Source: Trypethelium eluteriae (taxonomy: Eukaryota). Taken from it: a stretch of DNA of 53,525 bases. Numbering within the stretch: position 1 is the stretch's first letter; each line of letters starts with the position of its first letter. The notes beneath the pieces were generated by a model. It worked only from the letters and a program-made list of their open reading frames with translations, was not told the origin of the DNA and made no database searches. This document shows positions 36,601 through 48,529 of the stretch, piece by piece. The stretch is taken from the NCBI GenBank assembly GCA_051942245.1, contig JAVECL010000101.1, positions 1-53,525 of the forward strand, written 5' to 3'. The position numbers were made by a program, and so were the translations under genes.

Positions 36601-37514
36601 AGGGGCGAGGCTTGTTGATATTGGAGGTGGCCGGTATCTGGTCGTATAGCTCAAACTCGTACTGAAGAGCCCCCTGGCTCATGCAAGGTAGCAATAGGAC
36701 TCTGTGGCTCTGGATGCGGCGTTTCTCTCATTCTCGAGATCTGTGCCATGTTGGACCGCTTCCACTCAGAAGTGCTTCCCATAGATCTAGCGACGTCGAA
36801 CCACTTATCCAGCATGGTAGGTCCACTTGCTCTCTGCATGAGCGAGGGCCCCAACAAGATTTTCAATCACCTCTATTGTTACCAAGCTTCTGAGGGAATT
36901 GAATACCTGTAGAATCTTCTTCAGGGTAATGCTTGGCCTGAGCTAGGTATGTCAAAATGCGGGTATAAAGTTCGAGCAAAGCTCTCTCGAGTTCGCTGGC
37001 AGCTTCAGAGGGATGGCCCAGATAGAGATTTTCAACAACAGTGTTGTGGCAAACAAGTTCACCAATCCAAGCGAGGTTTTCTATCACGTCGGCGAATTTT
37101 CGGTGGTCATTGATGGCAATCTGTAGGGGTGTCAGCATCAAATCTACTCCCTGATCCTACTCGGTCCGAACCTGCAGCACAAAACGGATGCCAGCCCATG
37201 GGAGCGCAGCATGTACCGGATCATATTGAACTGCAGTATCTCCGATCTGCTTGAAAATGTCAATCCATTTGACAATCTTGTTGAACACATCCCTCAGCAC
37301 AACCGTTCTCCCATTCTTCCCCCTGTATGTCCATCTCTTCCTTGATGCATTGTTCCTTTGACTCCTCAGTCAGTGAGTACAAGTCGGAGAGGACTTCGAG
37401 CTTGTCTGAGCGATAGACGTCTATATCATGTCTCTCTTGATCGGTAAGGCTATCGGCTGCGCGGTCCCAAAGATTACCACTTCGACTACTGCAAAGCGGT
37501 CTCATGTTGGACAT
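33691..37514 (-). pseudogene. Degraded NLR: NWD/NACHT_N-type N-terminal domain, NACHT and roughly 33-aa helical (ITExVLxAAAxN) repeats
   Basis: [17 protein letters not shown], Walker A LHGIPGSGKS, Walker B VIDALDEC, FRWASLQL and FRLAHLSVREYL. Lesions: +1 frameshift near 37340 and premature stops at 35840-35842, 35128-35130 and 33889-33891. Confidence 0.88.
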
Positions 37515-39083
37515 TCTTGAAGAGAACTCAAAGAGTGTGTTAGCTGGGACAGGTAACTGCAGGACGCTAACAGCGTAAGCGCTCGAGGTCTATATGTGCG
37601 AAGGCTGATTACCAGTGATCGGGCCTTGCTCGTTTCGCCAGCACTCAGGGATGAAAATGTGGCCTAGAATCACTCCTACTACAATGTCGCTATACATAAC
37701 ATCCGAGGTCACGGCAGCAGAAAACTCGGTTCGAGAAGTATATATTCGTGCGGTGTTCAAGTAGAAGCCTCGGAGTGGAAGGCTGGAGCAGCTGCTATCT
37801 TCGATGCATCCCGTGGCGCTTAGGCATACGTAGAGGAATAGAGGGCTAGTGCCTTAACGTGACAAATATGAGCAGTTTCAAGCAGACCGTAGACAGCAGA
37901 CGTGACAGGAATCATGGCAAGTGGTGGAGGCATCAGGAGGGGATAAGTACTACCTTACCTAACTATTCTCATCTGCACGCCAAGTCCACCATGGTGCGCG
38001 AGATTGGCACGATCCGCATACTAGTCAAGTCAGCTCGACGCTCATCCTCAGGCTTTCTTTCGTAGGAAGCTTTTGATCGCATTGCCGCAACACCGTTCAT
38101 CCAGTCTTTTCTCGCCGCATCCTCTGCTGTGCCTTTCCCCGCAAAGTCTGTGCTGTTGAAGATCAGCCTGAATCCATCCAGACTGGGCCTAGCGCACCTG
38201 TGAAACCACACATTAAAACTTCAGACCTAGATGGCTTCACAGAATCAAGACTTCAATTTCAACATGTGCCCGTTTGTCGGCCTTTGCCCAGGAAACGTCG
38301 AGGCGATACAGGAAGAGGCGAATCAACAGGCTCTGTTATCTTGAGTGCTCTACCTCCTGTAAAAATGTCCAGATTCGCAAATTGGCCCAGCTCTGCCTCC
38401 GGGGAATGTAACAGCCAAAGCAAACCACCTCCAAATCGGGGTCCACCATTCACTTTCAGTAGATCAATTCCCAAAGACCGCATCGCTCTTGGCTGGCCAA
38501 CTCGTTATTCCGGTCCAGCGCACCGGGTTTTCGCCTATCAACCTTGCGCTCCAAAATGCACCACCGATGCAGTTACCAAAATATATGTCCCATCGCACCT
38601 GGTTCCTGACAGTAGTCTACACCACTTGTGACCGGACATGAAAGACTCTCTCACAGCGACGGCTTGGTCCAGAGTGGCCTGTGCCCGGTCCTGATCGCAC
38701 CAACCGCGTCCATGAGCCCTAGCAGGGATACAATATTCCCGTCGTCTATTAATCTGGAGTCCCCTTCAGATACGAGAGAGACGTCGTGGCCGACCCCGGC
38801 GATCTCTTGACTATCGAATCATGACCGCTTCAGATAAGCCTTTCCTAAGGATTGCAAGAGCACTTTACGAGAACCAGCATGAGCTTACACGCGTATTTGC
38901 CGTATACTTTTCTGAGCGCCTTCGATACATCTAGAGAGATAGGATGCATGAGCAAGAAAGTACTGACATCTGCCTTTAAGATAGCAACACGGGCCCGATT
39001 TTCTTACTGTTGAAGGAAAGTATGTACTTGAAGAAAAGTATGTACAAAAGTTCTTTATTTACACTTTATTTCACCACTTGTGC

Positions 39084-40086
39084 CTATGCAAGACACTGAG
39101 AGTAATATGAGTTGACGGCGTGGCAGGTGTACGGGGCCTGACAGGTTGTAGCTCCAGTGTAGCCTATTCCACCGCACTGTCCATATTCCGCGACTGAACC
39201 ACCACTGCCAACAGGAGTAGTAGGCGCACTGCCTCCAGCCGATGTGGTTGATGGGCTGGTCGTACCAGACGACGCGCTCAACTTGGAGTTCACGAAGGTC
39301 AAGGCTGCTTGACCGTACTCGGCGCCGTATCCTTGATGAGTAGCCGCATTGTTACCATTGCAGCAGTAAGGGTCCGAGGCATCACAATAGGATTGGATCT
39401 TCGACGCCGAAGGGCATGAGAACCCTGCCGGGCGGGGAGCGAACTATTTCCGTTAGAGATGAACATATCCCTCCCAAAGGATCAAGCGCTTACCCCTTGT
39501 GCCTTGCAAGTTCCAACTTCGTAGGGCAGACCAGAAATGTAGCGCGGATCTCCCTGGAAGATCGCTGCTTTGATTTGGTTGACGGCAGAAGCCTGGATGG
39601 GGATCGCCGTGCTCGAAAGGCCCTCGTTAGAATCGCCGCCGCCGCACAAGGCATCATCCATGATTTGACCACCCTAACCGGTCTATTAGTATGCTGTCAT
39701 CGTATAGCGACTGTAGTCCGACGACTTACCTGCGAATATCCAACCAGGACCAGCTGGGTACTGGGGCACCTTGTGTTGAAGCTGTTCACCGCGCTTGCGA
39801 CAGCTTGCACGCCCTGAATGACGCTGTTGGCATAGCTGACGCTCCCACAGCTAGCTTGGCCTCCGCATGCTGGGTAGCTGATGGCCTCGGAGGTAGCTCC
39901 AGGATGTGCGTTCAAAATGAGATTCACTACTGTGCTGGAGCTACCGTAACCCGCTGGAGCGGTGGTTTCACGGGCGCCGAAGACGTGGATGTTTGGACAA
40001 GATTGACGCTTCTCAACTTCTACAGGAGATGCGAAGCCGAGAGCGACGAAGATAGCACCGACGAGAGCAGTTTTGGTGAACATCAT
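39084..40086 (-). CDS. Acetylxylan esterase, CE5 (cutinase fold), with Ser/Thr linker and C-terminal CBM1; introns 39674-39729 and 39444-39493
   Basis: Signal peptide, KR site, [15 protein letters not shown] and nucleophile motif GYSQ|GG. Also [10 protein letters not shown] and HQGY; CBM1 is [32 protein letters not shown]. Confidence 0.95.
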
Positions 40087-40342
40087 GAATAGTTTTCGCT
40101 AAGAGACTTCGAAAGGGGATTGTTTTGCTTTGGGTTGAAGACAAGAATGGAGGAGCGACAGAACTTCTTTAAGAATGTCATGATGGCCAGTCTGACATCC
40201 AGTATCCCTTTGACCGAATCTTTTATCCGCTGGTGCAACAACGGTCAGCAACCGGCTTCTGTGTCTTGATGTCTGTTTTCCGACACATCGTGACCGGTTA
40301 CAGGGGTGAGAAAAAGTCGTTGATCAGGGTCGCGACAATCAT

Positions 40343-40359
40343 TTAGCCAAAATGCGGGG
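40343..40359. promoter_or_regulatory. Adjacent XlnR-type (GGCTAA) and CreA-type (SYGGRG) sites upstream of the esterase
   Basis: TTAGCC at 40343-40348 (GGCTAA on the minus strand) and GCGGGG at 40354-40359, about 260 bp upstream of the ATG. Confidence 0.5.
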
Positions 40360-43046
40360 GAGAAGCCGGTACCGTACGGTATCATACCATGTTCCTGGAG
40401 TGATTTAGGAGGTGGACCCTTGAGTCTATAGGGAATGAGACTTTTCTGGTATTCTTAAAGGCCAACTTAGATTTCTCCCATCAGCCTAGAGCGTGGGGTG
40501 TGGTGGCAGGCGAATTTAACCTGTGCTCGTCCCACGTGGGACTTGAGAATTGCCTAAAAGCAATGCGCGCGCCTGAATTCTCTTTAAATTGAGTCGGCGG
40601 AAGACTGTCTGAAACTGGATAACAGAGAACCATTTGGAAACAACAAGAAAGCCCTTTTAATGATCATGCGCTCTCTCAAACTCGGTATTAAGGATGAGCA
40701 GACGATTTGAACAGACATAGGCTGACAGGGGGGGATGTAATGAAACAATTTGCGGGTTATCGTATGCAGAATTACCCCGTGAAACACGCTCTCTAGAAAA
40801 TCTGTCGTGCCTGTATACATAAATAGCTTAGCGTTGTACTGATTTTATACACTGAGGTTGGTTAAGCCCCTCTTGGCGGGCATAAAATCCAATACTGAAG
40901 TGGACAAAGCACACTCGCTCTGCTGTGAGCGGGAGACCCCTCTGCAATGAACATGCAACCGAAACATCCATCTTTGGCAAAGATACTCCGTACTCTCATC
41001 GTTGTCACGGTATGAAAGGCTGAGTTTTCTCTCGTTTCAGAAAGCAAGTCTTGAGTGCAACAGTGCTGACTGTACAGAATGGAGCTTGTCTTGGTCCGTC
41101 GTTAATCCTCCACTGCTGATAGTGGAAATCACAGGACCAAGTCGATCCATATATCTTCGATAAGACAGACCGAGGTTTTTTCAGACCATTGTCGAGGTTA
41201 TCGCTTCTTCCTTGCTCCTTGGCCCCTCTCTTGTCGGAAAGGGTGTCGTCGATGGCCGGCTTTGTCAAGCTCGCGATGTGTAGCTCCTGGCTTCCCCATC
41301 ACCAATAACGATTGACACTAGTTCTGGTGGACTGAACATGACACTTCTGGTAGCTACATCGGTAGAGCCGTGATGAATACAGTTCAGTCTAGGAGTCGGG
41401 TGGCGTTTCTGTGAGTAGTGAAGGATAGAATCTGGGACCTACTATGATATGCTAAACTTTCAGCAACAGCGCACTTAATTGAAGTCATTTGGTACGGGTT
41501 ACGATCATTTCCGCCGGCAATTAGGAGTCCAACAGCGACAACTACCTCTCAGTTGGCCGATGGACCGCTAGCTCCGTTGTCAAGTACTATATCACTCGCT
41601 GCAAGATCCTGCGCATGAGATCGATATTTGGTCATCGCACCTGTCTTTGACAAGAATCAACGGAGATTACAAGCTGTGCAGCATTTGGTGGCAGAGCAGT
41701 TGTTATGGCGTAGGAGGTAGATGACGCCGCCGCGCCGCGTACAAGATTCACAATGCGTGACCAACCATCTCTGGCCTATGGTAAATACTCCTTGCAACAA
41801 ACCTACGCTCTTTCTATTCTCTAACTGAATCAAGCTATGAACCCTTGAGAGTGCCAAGCTTGGAGGAAGTATACGTATAATCTAATCACACAAACCTGAA
41901 TCCCAGAATATGTAGTCCTTTGGCTGACTCTTTCACTCGATTTAGCTCCAATCTCTTCTTACGGATCCTTCGCACTTCACAGGCGCAATTATGGTGCGTA
42001 ATGAACTAATCGAATCATTACAACTTCAATGACAAAAATATAGTCTGACTCGACATGCCTCTAATTTTTAAGCCACAACTCTGTTTCCCTTCGATTTATT
42101 CAATTGCTCGAAGAAGGCGGCGACGATGACATACTCTCACACCTTGGAAAAAGATCCCAGTAGAGTCAGCTGAGCTTGCTGATCTCTAAGATATCGGGCG
42201 TCGTAGCTGCTTCTACTGGAAGCCGCATCGCAAGGCTGCAGCTCTTCAGGTGTAAAACCCGAGATCCAGAAGCGGAATATCTACGTGGTCTACGTCAGCC
42301 GATCAGCTGCACGGAATAGCTGGCAGCATGGTAGCAAACCCGGGATTCGTATACGATATCGGTTGGTCGTCTCTGGTTAGACTCGGCCGAAGAACACCAA
42401 GAGATCCTCCCAGGGAGATAAGATGATAAATGAGGCGGCTATCGCGTCTCTTTCTATGCACAGCCCTATCATCCGAATCCACCCGAGTATCTGAGGCCTT
42501 GCGTTTCGTGACGTCACTTCTTTCCAGGCCTTCGAAATCTCTCCATATTTGGTCCAGTGCATATTTGCCACGATTCGCGTGCCCGTATCTGCACCGCATG
42601 AATTAGATATCACTACAATAGCAGTCAGTGTGCAAAAAAGACACATATCCTCCGATAACCTCCCTGTATCCATCTTACGGCTCAGGTGGCGAATATACAG
42701 GTGTTCCAAGGATGGGTACTTCATTGAAACCTGAGGCCAGTAGTCAACTCGGCCAGAGGGGACTTTACTTCACCATGTCGGAAACTCAACTATATCTTTG
42801 AATATTTCTTTCGTTTATCTCTAGAAATTTCCAACCCTTCTCTGATAGATCCTCTTTCTTCGGACCTATCAGCTTCCCGCTGGCAGGGAAAATACTTTCT
42901 TACGTTCTGAAGACCGAAAATTTAATTGCTGCTAGGCCATCCCGATTGGCTTTGTAGTACAGTGTTCCTACTCTACTTCTGAGTGTCAAGATTTCACAAC
43001 GTCATTTTAAACGTGTTCCGCTGACATATACTCCAACTCGAGCAAG

Positions 43047-44354
43047 ATGGTGGCAGCAATGGTGGCATTCGCATATGTGAGCGGAAGTTTTGGTTTCATT
43101 GGTGCCATACTTGGAGGGGCTTTGGCGGGCACTTTCGGTTCAATAACCTTTGTGCAATCGCTGGTACCAACCGCAAGATTCACTCTGTCCGTCATTCGAG
43201 TCGGTGTAGGTCTTGAACCTACTGGTGATCCGGCCTTTTATATGGGTGGCGACGTACCCGGTGTTGCTACTTGGGACGAGACTGGAGAAGGTCTCGGCTG
43301 GAGCCAGGGATATGGCCTTCCGGCAATCAAGAAGCCATCCAAAGTTAAGGCTGGAAACTACAGGGATATCCAGGTCAGGCACAATTCGCGAAATAATGGT
43401 TCCCCGACGTACCTTGCTATATCCGCCAATGGTAATGACGCAATCTGCGTCTCTTTTGTAGCCATTACCGAGCCTTCTGGTTTGTCTCGAGGCTGGACCG
43501 GAGACATTGGAGCTCATTGTGGAGGGAATTGGTTCTATTCCGCCCAAATAGTTGGTGAAGGCAACTACCGGCCAAGATGCGTCTGGATTGCCAAAGGTCG
43601 TAACTCAATTGGCACCGAAGCCAGGGCCTTTGGAGTCCACCTTCCTGATTTTAGTGGCGATCAGCCGGGTCTTAGCGAGCAATTCAGCAAGGATGACACT
43701 ACAATGTGCGGCAGCCAACCCAGATTCAGCTTCTATAGCGAATTCGAACCAGGAACACATTTTCTTCCAGTCTTCAAACCTGCTCTTAAATATCAACCAA
43801 ATGGTGCCGACGCAGATATCTCTAAGCTCTGGACCAATGGGAGCCTTAATGGCCATCGAGGTGGTATCCCTATCCCTTGGGAGCCCGTTGGTAGATCCAC
43901 GCGTGGCGGGGCCAGACCTCCAGGTCTCGAGAGTCCGATCAGGCCCGCCATGATGAGACCTCAAAAAGCTCCCGGCATGAAGCGCGACGGTTCCTCCAGT
44001 AATCAGACCGAAGCGGGACCATATGAGGACACCATCGTGGTGACTAACTATAAAGCCCACGAGACTGAGGCGCTCTGCAATTCCCCTACTTCTGCCGGGC
44101 CGAGCCTCGTCAATACTGAAGAGGGATTCTTCTGTGACATGACTACTAGAAAGCGATACCCTGTCTGTGGCGGCCGTACCGTTTGCGGATGCCTCGATTT
44201 GGGTAGTCACTCTACTTCTAGAGGATTGAATGCCACAATGGGTAACGGTACTGCTCCATTCATGCAGACATGCAAGAGGTCCTATGCAAGAGATACGTCG
44301 AGCAATACCGTTGTGCCCAACCGCTCTTTTGGTAAAGTCCTCGACTGGACTTAA
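43047..44354 (+). CDS. Uncharacterised, probably secreted Cys-containing protein (435 aa, intronless)
   Basis: Long ORF with a hydrophobic N-terminus, GNDAICVS and WTGDIGAHCG segments, a dibasic KR site and a C-terminal Cys cluster. Confidence 0.75.
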   Translation: MVAAMVAFAYVSGSFGFIGAILGGALAGTFGSITFVQSLVPTARFTLSVIRVGVGLEPTGDPAFYMGGDVPGVATWDETGEGLGWSQGYGLPAIKKPSKVKAGNYRDIQVRHNSRNNGSPTYLAISANGNDAICVSFVAITEPSGLSRGWTGDIGAHCGGNWFYSAQIVGEGNYRPRCVWIAKGRNSIGTEARAFGVHLPDFSGDQPGLSEQFSKDDTTMCGSQPRFSFYSEFEPGTHFLPVFKPALKYQPNGADADISKLWTNGSLNGHRGGIPIPWEPVGRSTRGGARPPGLESPIRPAMMRPQKAPGMKRDGSSSNQTEAGPYEDTIVVTNYKAHETEALCNSPTSAGPSLVNTEEGFFCDMTTRKRYPVCGGRTVCGCLDLGSHSTSRGLNATMGNGTAPFMQTCKRSYARDTSSNTVVPNRSFGKVLDWT

Positions 44355-45008
44355 CTCATGAGATTCCATTAGGAGTTTCTCCTCGGCGACAGTCCAACAG
44401 CAGACAATAAATCGCTCTTTTACACCGAGTTAAGCTCTGGATTGATCCGGATAGCAAATCTGTCCCATTCGACTAGTGGATGATTAGCGCCTCTTTCGTT
44501 ATTGGCTCTCTCTGAATATCTATCAGACCGGATCGCACACAACTGATAATGACAGTATCATCCGGAGAATTCTACAGGCAGATGATCTTCCTACGACAAT
44601 TCAGCTTCTCAATGTTGTCATATACAATCCGTAGAATAATATCGGAATTTCCTAATTAAAAAATCAGACACAGGTAACTTTTCTTGCCATTGGATACAAC
44701 TTTTTTGTCCTCCTTTTCTTGGCTTTCAGCGTGTGGTTTATGTATTGGAGTTATTTGGTACCTGTAATAAAAACTTATGGGTGAGTATTCAAATAAAAAT
44801 ATGAAGCTATCAGTGTCAAAAGATGCGGCGTGGTGTAGATTCCGTAATTCAAAGGACAACTTCTTTTATTTCATGTATTCCTTTGCGATATACATGATTA
44901 ACGAAATTAATTTTTACATTAATAGGTATTAAGCCATGTAGTAGAAGTTACAATAACCCATAACTCTTCGATTAATAATCAACCCATTCTTGCGAGACGC
45001 TTATTAAA

Positions 45009-46104
45009 TTAGATGAGATATGGTGCATATACCTGAACAACTGCTGGACCAGCTACTACATTATCATCGGTCACCGAGCTATTTGAAGTGGTAAGAATGG
45101 CGTAAGTTTCTCCCGCCGGTCCGTTAGCACCAGTCGGGATCTTAGCTTCAATGCAATCTCCATCGATCTGTGCTGGTTCGAAGACAGGTCCGGTGACGAG
45201 TGGGAACGCGATGTAGAGGGGCCCACTAGGCAGCATTGTGCCCTGGGCAACCTCGTAACGGATAGTTGAACCCTGAGGAATAGGCATTTGTTGTGTCTCA
45301 ACAGTCAGGGCAGGAAACGCCTATCGATAACCATGTAAGCACAACGTCTTCTTGGTTCATATGGGTCTATTGACAATGTGACATACCTTCACTGGTAACG
45401 CAGGATTGGAACTGGGGCACGACACAATGAAAGGGGCAGCAAGCGAGTAAACCTCGTCAAAGTCGAGTGGTATATCGAAAGGCTGGGGGAATGGGCTCTG
45501 AGGGAGAGAGTTGCGGATGAAGGCATCATGCCTCGACTCCACAGTCAAAATCGACCCAGCGGCAGTCAAATAATCCTTGTTCGCGATAGAAGCAGCAGCT
45601 CCCAGATAAGCACTCACACCAACACCTTCGAGAATTGAGGCAGTTTGTATGAAGGTCCTGGGTGTCAGGTTGCCGAAATTATAGGTACAGGCAGCGACAG
45701 GAGTAGCTCCAGCAGCTTCGGAACTGTTAGCGGTGTAGGAGAGTAGTGAGGAACTTATGAAGTCATACCTTGGAGAGCGCTGGTAAGGAAAGATACGTGA
45801 GTCGCTTCGTCACGGGCGACCTCTCCAAGATTCTTGTAGAAGAGAGTCTCAGTGAATCCTGCATCACAGAATTGTTTTTCAGTGAAGTTCTTCAACCCCT
45901 CTGCATAAAATGTCGCCTCAAGATGCTCAAGAGTCAGAGCATAGTTCAAAATTTGACTGACAGGATCTTAGTCAAAGCCTTGCCATAGGGGAGGGAGCTT
46001 GCAGGAAGAACTTACGCGTCTGTGACAGCTCGTTTGGTCAAGGAAGTTGGTGCAGCGAGAGAGAAAGGTGCCAAAAAGGCAATGATAGAGGCAGCAGTCT
46101 TCAT
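45009..46104 (-). CDS. Secreted ferritin-like domain protein (Rds1-like), 3 introns
   Basis: MKTAASII... signal peptide and KR site, [33 protein letters not shown] and ILTVESRH (ferritin-like ExxH motifs). Confidence 0.9.
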
Positions 46105-48529
46105 ATTGGAGATGTGGTAACTCAAGAAATTTTCTTCTACGAACTGTCAAAAGGTACTGTTCAACAAGTCCTGCTGAAAAGGGTCTCTGAAATTTAAATA
46201 ATTCCGACAGAATACATCCCTGATATACGTCTTCCACGATGAGACCCACGCTTGCCATTACTTCATTTGCGCGATACTAGGTTGATCATGACGGAATAAC
46301 GCCCTACATTCCAACACTGTGAGATTATACTTTCTCCACAGGCTAAATCACAACGGAGATGACTCTTCCCGCTGATCGTACAGAATAGGGATAAAGCACT
46401 GCTAGAAAAGAAAACATTTTGTCACAGATGCGGGGATTGGTATTGGTCTAGCAGCCTTGGTCAGGAACTAGACTGTCAGCGTGCTTTTCCGGGAAAGATG
46501 AAGGTGAGAGTTGTAATCTCGTCGTTCTCGAATTGGACATGCTCTTTTAGGAATCTAGGCCAAATTGATCACCTTGCAGACGGCTTGCAGCCACGTTGTT
46601 TCCCGTGTCTCTGACTATCCAATGAGAAACTAGTCAACGCCTCCGGGAGCTGACATGCCCGTCGCTAGCTCCAATTTAAGGATCTAGAAAGCGTGGAGAT
46701 GATGATCAGTGCGTCGAGGAAAAGAAGCTTGAATTCAAGTCTAAATTTTGGCGCTCAATATGGTTTAGTGGCGTAGATCTCCGTCCTCGGAAGATGCACG
46801 TTCCGCGGCAACAGCACTTTAGAACCATGGAGCTAGCCTTTATGTTCGAGATCGACGGCTGATTTCATCATTGGGCGCAAGCTACACCCTCAAGTCGTTC
46901 CTTCGTGAAATTCTTAGCCCTCTCTCCATAGAACGCCGCTTACGGAGCCATCGTGGGTCGGTAAGCTAGATGTACGGAGCATGCCGCCTTCTGTGCCAAA
47001 TTGCGGTCATTCAGACGGCACTTTCATCGATGTTACCTGTAATAGCCGTTGCTGCCACCAGGCGTTCCGATTTAGGTGACTATGCGGTCCGGTTTCTTCG
47101 ACTGTTGTCTACGTCGCAGTGTTAGCACTGCAATCGGAGCATCTCTCAGCGGTTTTGGATAGACTACAGCATTTCAATGTTTGATGCCTTCGCAAAATGA
47201 CCTGACAAGCGTAGGCTACTCTGTCAGATGATGCGACGCAGCAACAATCAGAGGCGTCCGTCTCTTTGGTCCCATATTGCTTGAGGCATGTTTGAATTGA
47301 GAGCTGAGAGGCCTTCACTCTGAGATTCCAGCATAATCACGAAATCACACTAATTTAGCGCTAGCTACAAACGCCTCGTATGGTTTGTCAAGTTTGTTTA
47401 GAATCTTTCCGAAGTCAGCTATTATCTTCAACGCTAAGAAAATGTTTCCCAGTGTACTGTATTGCCGCATGTGCTTGCTCCGCTGACAACTTTAACCTCT
47501 CGACTCATAGGCTCGAACACTTCGGCATCGAAGGCATTGATGAGCTCCTTCAAGTCACGGCTATAACTCCCGATCTTCGCAAGAAAAGTGTTGGACGCTG
47601 TTCAAAAAGCTGGCCACGTCTGCCAGGGCATCATTCTGTCCTTACGCACGATCCAATTCACTCATCAATCGGAGCAGGTGAAACAGAATTCTTTTCGAGA
47701 ACAAGGCAAAATTGGATGAGCAGCATCTCTAGCTAGTGTAGCGCATCCATTAGGGTTGTCTCCTTTCGTGCCATTCGGGAAGTGTCGAACACGATCACAA
47801 GGTACCTAGGTAGGCAGGTGTCAGCGGGAACCTATTCGGCTGCTGACTCAAAGGGCTCTCTATATTTTCTTGCCATTTGTGTAAAGTGCTGAAGGCTTTC
47901 CTAAGGGGGAATTGCCGTCGAGTCATCGATCCCAGGGTTCATGAAATGTTGGCAACTTGGCAAACCCAGGCTATTGGATCTTCAAGGTTCTTGACTCCTA
48001 ATATTGATATCACGTACCACGTATCCTCATTCGGACGAGAAGCTATCCTTATCAAAGGATGGATTTAATGACGGAGCCGAGGCGCCTACTCCGCACTGTA
48101 CTGACAATAAAAATCATACGAAATTGTGGGCCTTTCTTAGCACCGTGCCTTGTCTGCGCCGAGTCCCTAGGTTTGAATGAATCTCTTGAATTAGCCACAA
48201 CGGATAAGATATTGCCAACAGCTTTCTCACCTTCGAGGAGATGTCGACAACCTGCTCTCCTTCTTTGGTGACCCGAAAGTTGGGAAGCGTTTGTCTGTAG
48301 CTATTGTTAAATCCCGAGCTAATCACCTCCTGAAACCTCGGCCTGCCATCCTTGGAGTGGATCTAGTATTAGTTTCCACGAAGGCTCCTGTTCAAGAATG
48401 ACTGATGGGCCATTCTTGTATCATTATCATTCATTGTTTCGCGTTCGTCGTTTGAAGAGTACTCAAGGCCTCTCACCCTTGATGTCGAGTGTCGACATCT
48501 GTTTGCGGCTATGCTGACCATCATTGAGG

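Noticed and set aside
37969..38631. Short ORFs that might be a gene relic
   Set aside because: No motif or family I can recognise; would need a TBLASTX search.
42303..42780. Overlapping minus-strand ORFs (98 and 115 aa), possible relic
   Set aside because: No identifiable domain or consistent splice model.
43605..44369. 254-aa antisense ORF
   Set aside because: Lies almost entirely opposite a better-supported gene and has no recognisable features.
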